A stretch of 63,383 bases of DNA, the filler included, from Reticulomyxa filosa (taxonomy: Eukaryota > Protista > Foraminifera), in the NCBI GenBank assembly GCA_000512085.1. It is 11 parts of 11 records of this genome, joined end to end, with 100 filler letters (N's around TTAATTAATTAA, not from the genome) between each part and the next. Parts side by side here need not be neighbours in the genome. Positions count along the whole stretch, not along the records: positions 22,611 to 40,505 come from ASPP01006803.1; positions 40,606 to 42,149 come from ASPP01004078.1; positions 42,250 to 47,094 come from ASPP01018714.1; positions 47,195 to 60,557 come from ASPP01002230.1; 7 more parts are not named here. One strand, given 5' to 3'. Both the position numbers and the translations under genes were made by a program. Under the pieces are notes generated by a model. It saw only the letters and a program-made list of their open reading frames with translations. It was not told the DNA's origin and ran no database searches. Below, piece by piece: positions 38,396 to 52,813 of the stretch (the stretch's first letter is position 1; each line of letters begins with the position of its first letter).

Positions 38396-40505
38396 TTACC
38401 TTTGAACAGCACGACTAATTTCACGCTCGTTGTTAGGAATAGTTTCATTTGTTGGAACAATCTCATTTGTTGGAGCAGCTTCCTTTCTCTCTTCCGTGTC
38501 AGTCACATTTTGAGACGTATCATGTTGTTGTTCAGACTTTGTGTTTCCCGTTGTTGTCGCGGTGTCGGTTAGAGTATTTTTGGAGTCCTCTTGCTTGTGT
38601 TGCTGCAATTTTGCGTAATGATCTTCGATGCGAAATGCAATCGCTTTCAACAAAGGACTACTAATCGTCTTTGTTTAATCAAGATTTCAACAGCAAACGT
38701 GAAGGTTATTTTGAGTTGGATATTGTTGCCTTGTTTTATACTGTTGTTATTTTTAAAAAACATTGCACACATTATACATACTTCCTGGTTGGGTAAGTAT
38801 TTTTTCCAATCGTTTTTCCGACGAATTTTACCATCCATGACTTCCAAAATGTCGGAAGAGGAAATAGAAGCTACAACATCCTGAGCAGTTGCTTGCATTT
38901 GTTTCAAACGAGGAAACTGCACTAAGAACCGAACTTTAACCCATCCATGCTTGCACATCAGTCCTTGCAAAAATTCGTCGTGTGACAAATTCTTGTCGCT
39001 GAAGTAATACTCTCTGCACAACACAAATTATTGTTTTGTGTACGTACACACATTTTGCTGTGCTTTCCTGTTTTTGTATAGTACTTAACACTTGGGCTCG
39101 AATCCTTTGCAAATATCTTTCGGCTGTATTTTTTGTAAAAAGCTTGCAAAGTCAAAGGTATTTGATGTGTGATTGTCAAACATATGGTTTGCGATACCTT
39201 CAATTTTCATTGTTTCAAAGTCGTTAACCATGGGCAGAAAATAAGGTGCGTCTGTCAAATTGTTGTAGGGGTACCACAAGCCTTGACGCTCTCCTTCATT
39301 TTGAACTTGTCCCGGAAATGGCACCGAATTCACGCCGTACTCGTACACTGGTGGTGCATATCGCAATGGGAAAAAAGAGGTATTGATCATCGAGTCATCG
39401 TACCATGAAATTGGTGCGACTTGTCGACGACGGATCAGATTTCGATACCAATCTTGTTGTTGAAATGCGTCATAACTGTCGTACACTTATTGTTTTTGCA
39501 AAAAAGCAATCAACCGACACCACTTTAAACATTTTTTTTTAATAAAAAAAAAAGAAAAAAGTATGTTTATCGCAATTACCAAAAGCTCCAACGTTTTGTT
39601 GAGGAACTGTTGTTGTCAAATAATCGGTACTGGCCATTGGGGCCGAGTAAGCTGCGCCGCGATTCGGAAGGAGTTTTGGAAGTTTTGCATCGTATACATG
39701 TCCAATTTTGTCTTGTTGGAATGGGACAGCTTCGCTCATCTGCGCTTGAAATGCAGTACTACGCAGATATCTTCCGACAGAGGGACGGAGATACGCGCCA
39801 CGACCAGCGACGGCACTGGTGACCGTAGGTAGAAATGGATTCAAGACCACAGATTGAGGTTGTTCTATCACCGGCTGAGGGATCACTCCTACCTTCTCTT
39901 GTGACGGTTGTTGGGCTGCCTCTACAAACACACCATTTCGAATTACACCTGGGGACAATGGCAGTACTCGATCCGGACCTCGACTGTGCTCATCGTATTT
40001 TACACATCACAATTTGCAGCTGCAGTTTGTCAAACGAAAAACATGCAATAAAAATAATTCCCTCCCTTCCTCTTTCTCTCTTTTACTCAAAACAAAACTT
40101 GTCTGCAATCACTCCAGATCCAGACAAACGCACTAAATGCACATGTTTACTTGCATCTTTAATCCTTTCGATCAAAAGTTCATGATCAAGATTTTGATCT
40201 GTATCGTTGGGACGATGAGGTCCTGGATCACTCCTTTGGCGAATAATGGGCTCATCAAGGCTATACTTGGGCCTTTTACTAGGCGCAGATACAGACCTTT
40301 CCTTTTCTTTCATTTCAATGAACAACTTTTCCCCTTTTTGTATCGATTTTTCTACTACTTCGTGATCAAACATTACCATGTCACTTGTAGTAGCTTGTGA
40401 TACTCCTTCTTTTTGTTGTCGTGATACTGCTGTTGGCGTTGCTGTCCAGATCCCATTCAACAACAATGTTTCAAGTTTCCAATTATGTCGTGTTTTGTTT
40501 TTTTT
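38396..40505 (-). CDS. La-motif (LARP-family) RNA-binding protein, multi-exon, 5' truncated
   Basis: EYYFSDKNLSHDEFLQGLMCKHGWVKVRFLVQFPRLKQM...ILEVMDGKIRRKNDW is a La winged-helix motif (38790-39015). Confidence 0.8.
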
Positions 40506-40605
40506 NNNNNNNNNNNNNNNNNNNNNNNNNNNNNNNNNNNNNNNNNNNNTTAATTAATTAANNNNNNNNNNNNNNNNNNNNNNNNNNNNNNNNNNNNNNN
40601 NNNNN

Positions 40606-40987
40606 CAAATGAATTAATGAATACAATATTATCTGGATCAAGAGATACAAGTGTTCGTTTGTGGGATATTCGATCTGGTCAACAAATTCAAGTATTCAAT
40701 CGACATACAGATCAAGTATTGTCTGTTGAATATTCACCATTTGTAATAAAGAATGGTATTGGTAATTCGAATGTGATATGTTCTGGATCACTTGATAATG
40801 CAATTCGTTTTTGGGATATTCGATCAAATAAGAATCAATTGTATATGATCAAAGAAAATAAAGAATATTATGAAATATATTGTCTTAAATTTATTAGATT
40901 GAAAAAAAAGATCAGACAAAGAATGTTAAGTATGATTTGAATTTGTGTTATGGTTTACGCAATGGTTACATTCGTATTTGGGGATAA
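40606..40987 (+). CDS. WD40-repeat protein C-terminus (Reticulomyxa-type expanded family), 5' truncated; frameshift in an A8 run near 40905 (pseudogene or sequencing error)
   Basis: ILSGSRDTSVRLWDIRSGQQIQVFN.H and VICSGSLDNAIRFWDIRSNK are present. The terminal NLCYGLRNGYIRIWG* lies in a shifted frame with TAA at 40985-40987. Confidence 0.85.
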
Positions 40988-42249
40988 TTTACTTTTTGTC
41001 AAATAATAAATGAAGTATTTTTTTTTGAAAAGTTTGATTTAAAAGTAAGATGATATTAAACTTTTTTGATTTGATTGAATGCAAGCATTGAAAGATTTGT
41101 TCTATTTGCTTTGTTGTTTAAAAAATTGAAAAAGCTGCGCTCAATGTTTTTCAAAGCATAATTAATGAAAATAGTATCTGAATATCAAAATAAATTGCAA
41201 GATATTTCAAGCATTGTGTTTTTGTATAATGAAACACGATTGTCTTTGTAGTGATTTATTATATATCTTTTCTGTTTCGAAGAGCAAGAAATTATTTAAA
41301 AAATTGAATATTGAATCTTTTCGAAGAGTCAACGTTAGATATAATAAAAGTTTATTACAATTGAACAGATAAAAAAGGCGCTAATAAATTTGAAAGTTAT
41401 CAAGAAGGTAAGAACAATGGTAATTTTTATCAATCAAAGCACAATAAGAGGAGAGAATATGATCATGGACCAACTGTGGCTATCAAGAAAAGCATTATCC
41501 ATGCACTATTATGAAAATCATGATGATTTGTTGCATTGATTCGATTCTTCAATCACTAAATACTGTTTTAAGACAAACATTACATAACCTAAAAATAGGA
41601 TTTCTGAAAAGAAGTTATAATCACCATACTTTTTTTGTTTGCGTTAACAAAGCAATATGATGAAATGTATGCAAATTGTAACGATGAAGCAAAATATATA
41701 ACATCGAGAGAAAAAAGCTCATATTAATGATTCATAGACTTAAACAAAAAGAAATTACTTTAACAGATTTTAAATTTAAAAACAAATTGTTTTTGAATTA
41801 ATTCATTTTTATGTTATTTTAAAAAATTGTAGAAATTTTTAACAATGTTCAAATTACTTTCATATTTTAATTGTATTATCAAATTTACATTTTATTACAG
41901 AAAAAATCTGCGCAAGTAAAACAGTGATCTCATAGCTTTTCTAGGTATTTTTTTTCATTCTGTTTAATTTTCCAACTTTGTTTTAACTTGGATTAACGAA
42001 TTGTCGCTCTTTTGTTCCGACTTAGCGTATACAGCTCTTTTTTTTTTTTTAGAGTTTGTGTCTGTATTTACAATCTTTACAGACAAGAGTTATTACGTGT
42101 GGTTTTTCACAGTTATCTATCATCAAAAATTAGGTCAGAATTAATCATTNNNNNNNNNNNNNNNNNNNNNNNNNNNNNNNNNNNNNNNNNNNNTTAATTA
42201 ATTAANNNNNNNNNNNNNNNNNNNNNNNNNNNNNNNNNNNNNNNNNNNN

Positions 42250-44600
42250 AAAAGAGAAAAAAATAATAGAAAAAAAAAGAAAAAAAGAGAAAAAAGAAAA
42301 AAGAAAAAAAGCAAACAAAAAGATTGAATTAGAAAGACTTGTGTCTACATTGACGACGAACAAGTCTATATGAAATTGTTGGCATAAAGCGTGCACTGGC
42401 GATCGTTGTGGAGTGATAAAATTTTATAGACTTCGAGCGATTGGTCTACTCTTAACAATTTTGTCCCTTCGAACTGACCGTATACATGGCATGTTCTCAA
42501 CTGTGAAACTTTGTTCGTGAATGTGTCAATTGTGGTATCGCGAGCGACATGAGCATTGATAAAAGATTAGATAGAGAAATAGAAAAATTTGTTGTGCTTT
42601 TTGGCGCTATCGTTGCAAGGTTCGTATATTTACATTTGTCAACAAGAGCATACTATCTTTGCCGAAGAGTATTTGAAAGTAGTTGCAAAACTCGCGTCAA
42701 GACACCAGCACGCAAGAAAGAAAGATGATGGCAAGGAGGACGGCGAGAATGAAGAGAAGAAAAATAAGTACAATCTGTATCGCGTTGGATTTACTTTTAA
42801 AAAAAAGCAACTAGTCGGACGAAGAAGTTGAAGGCGAAGAAAAAAATAGAGTGGAAGTTGCAGGAAATACTTGTTCATGGCGATCGAGCAAGAGACTAAA
42901 TCGTGGTTCATTTGAAAATAACTCAATCGGTGGAAGAGTTGTGCGAAACTCGCGCCAAGATACCAGGAAGCAAGAGGCTGAAGATGATTAGATGGAGGAT
43001 GATGAAGAAAAGAAAAATAATGTTAAGTTCGTATCGTGTTAAATTTGTTTTAAAAAAAATCATTCAGTCGGCCGGTTTGTCCAATTTGCGCATTTCCGGA
43101 CAAGAGGCAGTCGTCACCAAATTCGCCACTCACGTACTTGGACTATCTTCACATATCGTATTTCAATTGAAAATGAAAGTGCGGCAATTTCAAGCAGTAG
43201 CAGCTCGAAGTAATGGAAAGAACATTTGATGTCAACATTGGTGTACGAAAGTCTCTGCGGATAATTGTCAGTGAGACACAGCACTAAAGAGAACATCGAA
43301 ATACAATCTACAGTCGTCAACGAACAAGAGATGCTAAGTCATTATGGAAATTGAGCTAATTCTGTTAACGCAGATATTGAGCACTAGTGCCGAAACTGGC
43401 TGTGTGCGTGCGCACATGCGCAAATTGGATTTTGAATCGTGAGCTCGTGATACATTGAGCTATCTCTATCTTTCTTCACTAGTCAATATGCCCGTTGCAT
43501 TTTTTGGCTCCATCGCCGCAAGAGTTGTGTGCATTTCGTTTGTCGAACAAGCGCTTATTATATTGCCAAACTGTCTCAGCGATTGGCTATAGCCTACTGT
43601 CGACATATTAGACGACACTCAAGAAAGAGAGAAAGAAAAATATCAGCGAATACGTCCAAAAAAGAAATTACAAATGATAGCACCGCCAATCCAAAAATTG
43701 CTGAATGAGAGCATTTGTGATATGTGTGACCATTATCCAAGATCAAAGTGTGCATCTCGTTACAAGGACGACAAGAGCGGATCCATTTCGTATTTCAAAG
43801 ATATCAATTATATATGTTGGCATTGGAACAGTTGAAAAAAATTCTACAAGTCCAATTGCAGACATTCTGGACCTTGGTGCTGCCAGAATATGAAAGCAAA
43901 AGAAAAAAAAGGAACGCGAAAACAATGTCAACATTATGGTGTAATAACGACGGCAGCGACTGCACCGACGAAAAAACAAAATAATCGATATTGCGATCGA
44001 GCGAATCACTACAGCGAGTGAATCATCACATATAAGAGTGGTTTAATTTAGTTGCGCGACTAACAAGACACCAGCAAGCAAGAAGAAGATGACGAAGATA
44101 AATAGTGTTCCGAGATTATACCGCGTTGGACTTGTTTAAAAGGAAAGGAAAAAAAAAAAGCAAACGATCAGTCGGCCGGCTTTATTGAAGTCTGTTATGG
44201 ACTTGCGGCTTTGCGCGTTTCGAGACGTAAAGAGCCACTCGCATGCGTAGATTAACTTCCAATAGCACCACATCCCAATGGAAAATACCGAATATGGCAA
44301 TGTCTAGAAGTGGTACCCGAAGTATTGCAAAGTACTTGTTTGCTATCAACGTATGCGCACACAAGTCTCTTGCGCTGTGCCAAGCCGACAAATTATCCGC
44401 AAAGAAAGTATCCGACTGCGATCTGCTGTCGCCAACGAGTAAGGGAAAATCCGTCGTTATGGAAATAGCACTAATCGTATAAACGCAAGACAATAATCGA
44501 AACTCACATATTGTGCACCCGTGTCGAAACTGGTAGTGTGTGTGCACATACGTAAATTTGTGCTTTGAGTCATGCGCGTGCTCATGGGAGGAATCGTAAG
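42250..44600 (+). repeat. Degenerate repeat with three internal copies of a ~150-260 bp unit; related to 11046-12100
   Basis: CAAGA(C/T)ACCAG..(A/C)GCAAGA...GATGA occurs at ~42698, ~42956 and ~44065. Each is followed by TA(T/C)CG(C/T)GTT...AAAAAAA...AGTCGG. Confidence 0.65.
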
Positions 44601-44639
44601 CTCCCAGGCGACATTGAACATTGCGCACTTTCAAACATG

Positions 44640-46070
44640 GACGAATTTCACATAGTGCATACTCACTCCCTTCCCAATAGAAGTTGCTGCACGGGTGTGA
44701 ATGTCAAGTGCGGTCCAATGACGACAACGACGAAATGCAGTCCGTTCAATCTTTTACTCATTTGTCAATTGTCTAACCATTGGTCTGTGTTTTGTGCGCC
44801 AATATTTGGGTGCTGATGCTTTATTCCACGATTTAATTTTTGTATGTGCGGGAGAGCTAATGCTCTCTCATCTCAAAAACGTAATCGCTGTGGATACAAA
44901 CGAATTGTTCGGTTACCAAAAACCGAATCATTTGGATTCGAAAAGTGGAAGTGTCTACCATTGACAAGACTGCCACTTAAAAAATGGTGCTATAGAGGAC
45001 ATATCTTTCAATGATACAAATTTCCCCAAGTCTATCAATCGTCCAAAATAACGGAATACTTGACGGAAACATTGTCATTGAAATCGAAGCGACATTCGCA
45101 AGACCTCAAGGAGTTGCTGTTATTTGACTGATCGTTTGTGCGCATGTCCTCTTTCCAGTACCTGACGATATGATTCGTGCTGGTCCATTGCCTGAAAAAG
45201 TTTTTATATACTTTTTTTTTTTAAAATATATATACATATTCAAGAACTAACAGCAACACAACATCTTTATACGTACATTGCCTATGCATTTATGTACATA
45301 TGATATATGTTATTTGAAATTTTGATTAGACATTTAAAGATGTATCAATAAAGTATTGTAACGCAGTGGACATGTTTTGCTGTTTACATTGTCATTAGTG
45401 CTGAAGCGAGTTCCCAGCGACAATGCCAATTGTGACAGCAACGGCAACGAAAGTAAATAGCAATCTCATGGTTGAATTGTTGCTGATTGAAACTCAATAT
45501 GTCGCCGAATCATGGAGATCACACTATAACGTACGCGCCTATCATTTTTCCAATAAAATATATTTGTTCATTATTGAGCAAATATCTATTAGTAACGCCG
45601 TGTATCGAATGTGGATCATAGTATTGCGTTTTGGATGAGGTATAATTGGAAAAAAATTGAAGGTCCATATCGTGTAATGTGGTCCATGACAGATTGAAAG
45701 TAAATCGAACAATTGAAAGGTGAGCTGATGATTATGGTGATTATGTGCGCAGCCTATATTTCAAGTTAATATTTTCTTATAATGTGACTGGAGAATAGCT
45801 GAAACATAATAACACACGTATATAACATAGGTCTTCAAAGAATACAATCCTGTCTGTCGAGGAATTGGAAAGTGGGTTGAATTGCCAACAAGAAAGGATA
45901 AAGTGGTTGAAACAATGCCAAATTGGTGGCATATTTGATTGCAAGTATTTGACACTTGCCTCAAATTTTGATTGAAAAATTTTTGTTGTGAATTGTGTTT
46001 CTTTTGATTTTTTTTTAATATTTTCAATCCAGCTCACTTGACATTTTTTATCAACTATGCTCGTCGTAAA
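44640..46070 (-). CDS. Possible multi-exon hypothetical gene
   Basis: Several short open segments are bounded by AG/GT (for example 45598-45754 and 45050-45193) and separated by AT/TA-rich intron-like spacers. No motif was recognised. Confidence 0.25.
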
Positions 46071-46194
46071 ATTTCTGAACTTTAATATTTAAATCTAAAA
46101 GAAAGCAGAAAATATGACTTGGATTCTAACAGTACAGAAACAAGAACAAGACAGTTAAGAAAGGGGTTACTCAAACTGCATTGTCGTGGTTGAA

Positions 46195-47094
46195 ATGTTT
46201 CATCGTACGTTCAGTGTGCGTCACATACCATCGATCTTGCAATTGCGTGCATGCACTCATGTGTTAGGTTGTCGTAGCTTCTCAGACGGGAAGACAGCAT
46301 CCGAGGCAAATGAGCACCTAAACTCGGTCCAAGCCAGCCAACCGCCGTCTCCAAGCCCAACGCTGTTGAGAGTGGACGTGCGTCGACCAGTAATTGAAGC
46401 TGACAAGTTGCGTCAAATTGAAACACCATGTTTGCTAATGGACCTGAACGATGTGGACACAAATCTGAAGGCAATGAACGACTGGCTTCACACAGCAAAC
46501 ACCCAGCAGCAACAAAGTGCAAAAGCGAATCATAATATACGCATACGTCCTCATTTGAAATTACACAACTGCAGTGCACTGAGTTTTTACCAGCTGGAAA
46601 AGCACAGCAAATATTGCGACAGCAAGGGGTGTGTGTGTGTGTGAGCAGTGTATCTAGCGCGGAAGCATTGATGAATAGTGCGACGGGTTTTCGCAGCAAC
46701 ACGCGTATCGAAGAAATTTTGCTGACGGATATAATCATTAAAGTGCACAAGATACGTCGCACATTGCAGCTGACGAAGCAGCGTTTCCAAAGCCATCAAA
46801 TGAAGCGGTCTTTCGTCAGAAACGACCCATTCCAAATCCGCGTGTGGAACTACCTCATTATCAAAGCCTCGTACTTGCACCCTCGCTCCACATTGGAAGC
46901 ACGTATACGTCCGGCAATCCACCAATGCCCGGTTCGTCTCAGCCATTAACATAACACATTTTCACATTATTGCATAAAAGAGGACCAAAAAAAAAGAATT
47001 TTTGTTTAAATATATGCATATATTTATATATGTATGTATATATTATATACATATGTATAAATATAGTTGTTATTTGTTTTGTGTGTGAAAAGGT
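46195..47094 (+). CDS. Fold-type III PLP enzyme (DSD1 / D-threonine aldolase-like), 3' truncated; frameshift in (TG)7 at 46630-46643
   Basis: IETPCLLMDLNDVDTNLKAM...IRIRPHLKLH (compare the TPxLxxD...RPHxKTHK family motif) continues after the shift as CVSSVSSAEAL...IEEILL. The N-terminus is Arg/Ser-rich and presequence-like. Confidence 0.7.
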
Positions 47095-47194
47095 NNNNNN
47101 NNNNNNNNNNNNNNNNNNNNNNNNNNNNNNNNNNNNNNTTAATTAATTAANNNNNNNNNNNNNNNNNNNNNNNNNNNNNNNNNNNNNNNNNNNN

Positions 47195-47232
<38 letters not shown>

Positions 47233-50200
47233 TAAAAAGTATACCGAAAGAGATGCATCACTATTGGCATTGAGGCTGGTGAAAGAACGCAAGGAAGAAT
47301 GCAACAAATACCCTCGCAAAACAGTGAATGGATTGACATTGACCGAACTGCAACAATTGAATAACAACAGCAAAGTGGAGACAAGAAAGCAGACGACCAA
47401 ACACGTGTTTCAGGCCTTGGAATATTGGGACGATGTGTTGAGCCAATCGTTCCGAGCCCAACTCGAGGTGACGGGCACACAGCCTGCCATTGCATTTGAG
47501 GAAATGGATCGCGCGTTTGATTGGATTATGACGGGCGGGGGCATGGACCTTGACGACTATGTGGACAATGACGACGCGGATCTCTTCCCCATTCCCGATG
47601 CCGTTGCTAGCACTTTCAAGGCTAGAACTAGAGTCGATAATGCCAACGCTGATGCCGATGCGGACGTGGACGCAGATGGCGATGCAGATGCTTTCGATGT
47701 CGACGCTGACGACACGGATCACGACACGGATCATGACACGAAAGAAGAAGGGGAACACTCAGGCGCAGGCCGCTTCTTTCAACAATGTCAATTCGCTTTA
47801 CGTCGAGGACTCACACGAGCCGCAAGGCGATATATCACATCTCCTACTTTGCTCATGCTACGAAATATTCTTATCATGCTTGAGGTCTGTTCAAAGAGAG
47901 GAGGGGGGGGGGGGTAGGGGAGATTTCTATGTTGATCAAATGAGAATAGGAAAAAAAAAAAAAAAGAAATTTTTGTATATAAAAACATATACATATACAA
48001 ATATATATGTATATACATATATATACATATATATATATATTTGTAATATTGAGGAATGCCTCGGATCTCAGCTTTGTTGCTTGTTTGATTTGGAATTTGT
48101 TTTTGTTTTTCCTTTTCCTTTTCCTTCTTTGTAAATGGATACAGAATCCGCTGGTTTTGTCGGAAGATCCGACGACTTGCAAGAATGCACAGAAATTGTG
48201 TAGAATAGTCCAACAATTGGACGGGAAAAGCAAAAAGCAATTGGAACATTGGTTGACATATTACAAGGATATGAACCGATTACGCACAATATTGAACTCA
48301 TTGCAACAACTACTCACTATTCAAATTATCAATTGTGAAGAGGAAATATCCGACTTGACAAATGACGACTGGGGCAAAGATATTCCTGAAAACGGTGTGT
48401 GTGTGTGTGTGTTTTTTTTTTCTGCCATTGTAGAGGAACATGATGTAATATAAGTCTGATGGCATTGTTGTGGATCCCATATACTCCAATATACTCCAAT
48501 ATACTCCAATATATCCTATATACCCCATATTTAGCTAGTCCCGAAGAATTGGAAGCGATTGAACAAGCAATCCGTGAAAAACAACGTGGCAAGCGCGAAG
48601 AGACGGTGCGACGAAAGGTAGTGCCTGTGATAAATGTGATCGACGTGCTGTGGCAAGCCAATCAAGCGATCATTGCCGAAAGCATGGAGCTTGATGATGT
48701 GGAAAACACTGGCAACATCGATAGTTCTTCTGTGAAAGCAAGTGACGAGGCCGTCAAACAGCAAAAGCGAAGGCTGATATCGCCCAACATTCGACCTGCC
48801 AATCACAATCACCAAAGGCGAATTGGCACGTCTGCCTCTCCTGCCTTAAGTTCGAAATCTCCGTCTCTTCAACCCATTGAGTTGGACAGCTCGAGTAGCG
48901 TCGATGCCGTCATCATTGACAAGAGCGCTGCACCGAGTACAAACACGGAAGCGGAAACAAAAGAAGAATATCATCGCCGATTGTCATTGGCTGGAATTTC
49001 GCCATTTCGCAAACCTTTGCCTTTGGATTTGTTTCATAATTCAGGTTTAAACGAAGTTAATTAGGATTTTTTTTTTTTTTTTTTTTTTTTTGGCACTGTA
49101 TAAATTTGTCGTAATTCATATACATAATATATGTGTACTACTTATATGTATAATATACACAATAATTACTGTTGTTATCAATTATTGTTAATGCATATCA
49201 TATATGCAATACATATATGTATATAATGATATATGTGCTTATATCATTCGTTCATTGCTCTTTCTGATGTTTGTTTGTTTTTTTTTTTTAAAAAAAAAAA
49301 AAAAAAGACATTGGCGAGAGAGATGATCAAAGGGTTGTAATTGTTCAATACGACTTGTGGTATTGGAAAGAAAGGAAATCATTTAGCTATTTGGAGTATC
49401 CCTATTTGTTAGACGCAGGGAGCAAAGCGAGGTACTTGGAGTATGAAAATATGTATCGACAGCAGCAGGCACGCCGCAACCAATTGTTCCGATTTTTGAT
49501 TGAGAGGGGTTTTATGTCCGATCGTGAAGAGCTCTTGGAAACCATGGATTTGGTATTGCGCGTTCGACGAGATCATTTGATTGAAGACACACTGCCCATT
49601 TTGCAACTGTATTCACCAAGCGAATTGAAACGACGTTTGCGAATAATATTTGAAGGCGAGCAAGGAGTAGATCAAGGTGGGTTAACGAAGGAGTTTTTCC
49701 AATTGATCATTAAAGAATTATTCGACCCTAAATTTGGCATGTTTATTTACAATCAATCCACTCAAACGTACTGGTTCAACCGCGATTCCATTGACAGTGA
49801 CGCCGAATACAAATTGATTGGAGTGTTGATTGGCATTGCCATTTACAATAATACCATTTTAGATTTCCGATTTCCAAAAGTGATGTTCAAAAAATTGTTA
49901 GGCAATCCAATTGACTTTGATGATTTCCGAGACTTTGATCCCGAAATGGCACGAGGGTTTGAGCAACTGCTTCAGTTCAATGGAGACGTCGAGAACACAT
50001 TTTGTCGCAATTTCAGCGTCCCCTATTCCTATTACGGCGAAGAACGTTCCGACGATTTGAAAAAAGATGGCAGCAAAATCCCACTCACCAATGACAATCG
50101 TGAAGAATACGTTGATTTGTATGTTCGTTATTTGTTGGAAGAGAGTGTCAAAGTTCAATTTGAAAGTTTTCGTCGAGGGTTCCAACTCGTTTGTGACAGT

Positions 50201-50596
50201 GAATTATTCACAAAGTTCACTTCGGGCGAATTGGAGTTGTTAATTTGTGGAAACCGACAATTTGATTTTGAAAAATTAGAGCAGACTTGTCGATATGAAA
50301 ACGGATTTTCTAAACAAACATCTTTGATCAAACACTTTTGGACTATTGTCCACAAATTGAGTGAAGAAGATAAACGAAAGTTATTATCATTTTGCACTGG
50401 TTCTGATCGAGTACCCATTCGAGGGTTGGGTGAATTGCAATTGACAATTGCTAAACATGGTAGTAATGATGCACAATTGCCTACAAGTCATACTTGCTTT
50501 AATCATATTCTCCTTCCTGAATATTCAAGTGTCGAAATACTGAGAGAACGATTATTGACCGCAATTCAAAATTCCGAAGGATTTGGGTTGTTGTAA
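47195..50596 (+). CDS. HECT-domain E3 ubiquitin ligase (UBE3A/HECTD2-like), multi-exon, 5' truncated
   Basis: LVLRVRRDHLIEDTL, FEGEQGVDQGGLTKEFF, FCTGSDRVP, catalytic LPTSHTCFN and the terminal EGFGLL* are present. Confidence 0.95.
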
Positions 50597-51859
50597 AAGA
50601 AATACTCCTTTCTTATTCTCTCTTCACATTTATTACCACTTCTCCCTTTCTATCCTCTTCCCCTTCCTTCTCCCTTACACATATTTTAGCGCACATGTCA
50701 CATTACTCTGGATCCCCTCTCCACTTTTTTTTTGTTTTGAGATTCAAACAAAAAAAAATTCAAATTGATACACATCCTGCCTATTCATCCTATCTTATTC
50801 AACGCGCGTGCATTCATTGCTTTTTTTTTGAATGTGTAAGTAACTTGTTGTGATTTGAATTTTCCTAACCAAAAAAAAAGTTACTCTTACATTCTCTTTT
50901 CTTCGAGGCTCTTTTTTAAATCAAAAGTGGGCATTTTTGTGAGGAAGTAATGATAAACAAAAAGACGAATTTTTAATACTTAGCATTTTCAAATTGTTTT
51001 TCAAAGCTTAATGAATTGGATGGGGTTAAACAAATCTTTGATGAAATTAACAAAATAAAAAACAAAGTGGGTAACACAATGAATATAAGCTAATTTGTAA
51101 TCGTTTCATCATTTTGTTGAAAATAACACAAAGTTATTCAGAGAAATGTATAGAAAGTACAAAGCAAACACTTGAAAAAAAAAGATAAATATAAAAAGTA
51201 AATTGTATTGTTTACAAAAAGTCAAAAAAAGGGTATGCTAAAAAATAACAAGAAAAAGTCGATATTATTGCAAAATGTATCAATTGCCACTTTAATTTAC
51301 ACAAAGCGTAATACAAATACTGGATGTGCAACTGTCAATCGATTAAATAAAGCCAAAAAGATATCAAAACAAAAACGAAAAAATAAAAGCGAACAAAATG
51401 AAAAAAAATGAAAAAAATTCCAAATTCAAATAAACATTATTGTCAAATAAACATTCAAACCTCCACGTCATTCTGACTAATTCCAAATTAGTGGGTGGGG
51501 AGAAAGAATAGCAGCAAGATAGCTAAAAAAAAAATGGCATGGAGATGACGAGAATTCTAATAATGAATTTGCAGACATGACACTTCTTCCTTGGAAGACT
51601 AGCAACACTTCTTTTTCGTCACCAAGAAAGGGCCAAAAAGACACAGAAATGCCAAGAAAGTACAATTTGTGTGAGTGTTCGACCAAGATCAGTATTAAAT
51701 TAAATATGCTTGCGCATGGAAAACGTAAAGAAAATGTTTATACTAACACCAGATTTGTACTAATTTGAAGAAATAATGGTAAATAAAATTAGAATATTAA
51801 AAAGTGGTTTGTTGTCAGATAAAAATTTTAAAATAAAAAAATAAAGCTAGAGGGGGATG

Positions 51860-52760
51860 AAAGTTTTGATTAAATAATTTAGTGGCAATTGGTGTTGAAG
51901 GACATAAGTTTCCTTTTTGCAATGCCACACTAAACGCTTTGTATACGATTTCTATCGCGATTGAAATTTCTTTATTTTCTTTGTCTGCAATGATATTCGC
52001 AATTATTTTGAAAATTGCTACAGCATCTCGGTGCCAACAGCTCGTGGTTTCCGCGATCAGTGGGATATATTCGATATTTTTGCGTTCACAATTTGCCCCA
52101 TATTTGCGTATTTTGTGTTGATAATATTTGTCCAAAGCTTTTTTGCTAGTCTCTTGTGTTTGCGCCGTGATATTTCAATGAGTGATCCCAACGTCGAAGA
52201 AAGTTAATTCATATTTGATGCCAAACCATTTTAATGCGATATCACCTGATCTAAGATTCGAATTGGAGTCTGCACGAGCTTCAAGATTATGTTTTAGTCC
52301 TGCACACTTGAGTAATTTTGATATGCAAATACTAAATTGTGTCGATAAACTCGGCCTCTTCCATGGATACATACCAATGCATGATCACCCAAAGCATCAA
52401 TTTGTTACTGACATGAGTTGCCACCATGACACTTTGGGCTTGTTGTATCAGCTTGTGCAATGCTAAATCGGAAAATTGATCTAAAATCATTGTTACTAAA
52501 ATGCGAGTTCGTGAATGTATTTGGGTATGCTTTCAAGAACGCAGATGCTTGCTTCGCCGATGCCGATACTAAGATAGCTTGCGTTCTACGATCCAATTTC
52601 TCCTTGGTGGATGAATAAATTAAAACAGTATTATTTCTTGATAGAATGGCCTGCGTTGGCACCGAATGGAAGTCTATGATATTGTTATTGTTATTGTAAT
52701 TTGATGAGTTTGCGTTATAATGCGATACTGCTTCTGGAGCTTGATGAATTGATCATCACA
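51860..52760 (-). mobile_element. Decayed non-LTR retrotransposon 3' end with a restriction-like endonuclease (CRE/R2-superclade type)
   Basis: ASAFLKAYP...FSNNDFR, a Cys/His finger (C...C...D.LGDHA), LRSGDI...FFDVGITH, KIRKY, YIPLIAETTSCW and SVALQKGN are present, broken by stops and frameshifts. Confidence 0.8.
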
Positions 52761-52813
52761 TAGTTTCATCACTTCATATTTGAAGTCATCGCTGCCTAGG
52801 GTGATGCTTACTA

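Noticed and set aside
42690-44180. Three spaced copies of a motif considered as a CRISPR-like array
   Set aside because: The units are long, degenerate and irregularly spaced, with no cas genes and a eukaryotic context.
47640-47740. Asp/Ala-rich DAD repeats with higher GC
   Set aside because: This is a low-complexity coding linker within the HECT ligase N-terminus.
48476-48530. 10-bp tandem repeat (AATATACTCC)n, superficially array-like
   Set aside because: It is a short spacer-less minisatellite inside a HECT gene intron, not a CRISPR array.
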